A stretch of 62,012 nucleotides of DNA, filler included, from Chiloscyllium plagiosum (Eukaryota), in the NCBI RefSeq assembly GCF_004010195.1. It is 3 parts of one record of this genome, joined end to end, with 100 filler letters (N's around TTAATTAATTAA, not from the genome) between each part and the next. Parts side by side here need not be neighbours in the genome. Positions count along the whole stretch, not along the records: positions 49,139 to 62,012 come from NC_057713.1; 2 more parts are not named here. One strand, 5' to 3'. Every line of letters begins with the position of its first letter. The first letter of the stretch is position 1. Positions 61,756-62,012 of the stretch are shown here, piece by piece. The notes under the pieces were generated by a model, which was not told the origin of the DNA, did not search any database, and saw only the letters and a list, made by a program, of their open reading frames with translations. The position numbers and the translations under genes were made by a program.

Positions 61756-62012
61756 GAGAGGGCATGAAAAATCTTTGGCGGATAGGATCAAGGATAACCC
61801 AAAGGCATTTTATGCGTATGTGAGAAACATGAGAATGACGAGAACGAGGGTAGGTCCGATCAAGGACAGTAGTGGGAGACTGTGTATTGAGTCAGAAGAG
61901 ATAGGAGAGGTCTTGAATGAGTACTTTTCTTCAATATTTACGAACGAAAGGGACCGTATTGTTGAAGAGGAGAGTGTGAAACAGACTGGTAAGCTAGAAG
62001 AGATACTTGTTA
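61756..62012 (+). mobile_element. CR1 ORF2 fragment running off the window
   Basis: RIKDNPKAFYAYVRN...VGPIKDSSG-type sequence, homologous to 4700-4880. Confidence 0.75.

Noticed and set aside
1..62012. CRISPR arrays, operons or other prokaryotic systems
   Set aside because: The sequence is eukaryotic, with spliceosomal introns and vertebrate retroelements, and has no regular repeat-spacer array.

Overview
Repeat-rich vertebrate genomic DNA, almost certainly from a shark, judged by the HE1-type V-SINEs and abundant CR1/HER1-like LINEs. The window has three segments (1-22877, 22978-49038, 49139-62012) joined by artificial 100-bp spacers (44N-TTAATTAATTAA-44N), plus a sized 280-N gap. The only recognisable host gene is five consecutive, phase-compatible internal + strand exons of fastk (25771-43939). 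Its first coding exon and its RAP-domain exons were not found in the window. A CpG-island, probably bidirectional, promoter at about 49.3-50.3 kb carries five ZNF143/THAP11-type ACTACAnnTCCCA motifs and outward-facing splice donors. The rest is mostly decayed CR1, a full-span L1-clade element, RTE, Rex1/Babar, Penelope-like fragments and two solo LTRs. The most notable hidden signal is a dense set of minimal type I hammerhead-ribozyme motifs in short Penelope-derived elements, in four stem-II families. Several are stand-alone 100-500 bp insertions with about 14-bp target-site duplications. One 1.33-kb composite just downstream of the promoter has three near-intact ribozymes: two are in tandem and bracket a 501-nt unit, and one lies in a 246-bp inverted repeat. 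Repeat boundaries are approximate and all homology calls are from recognition, not database searches.
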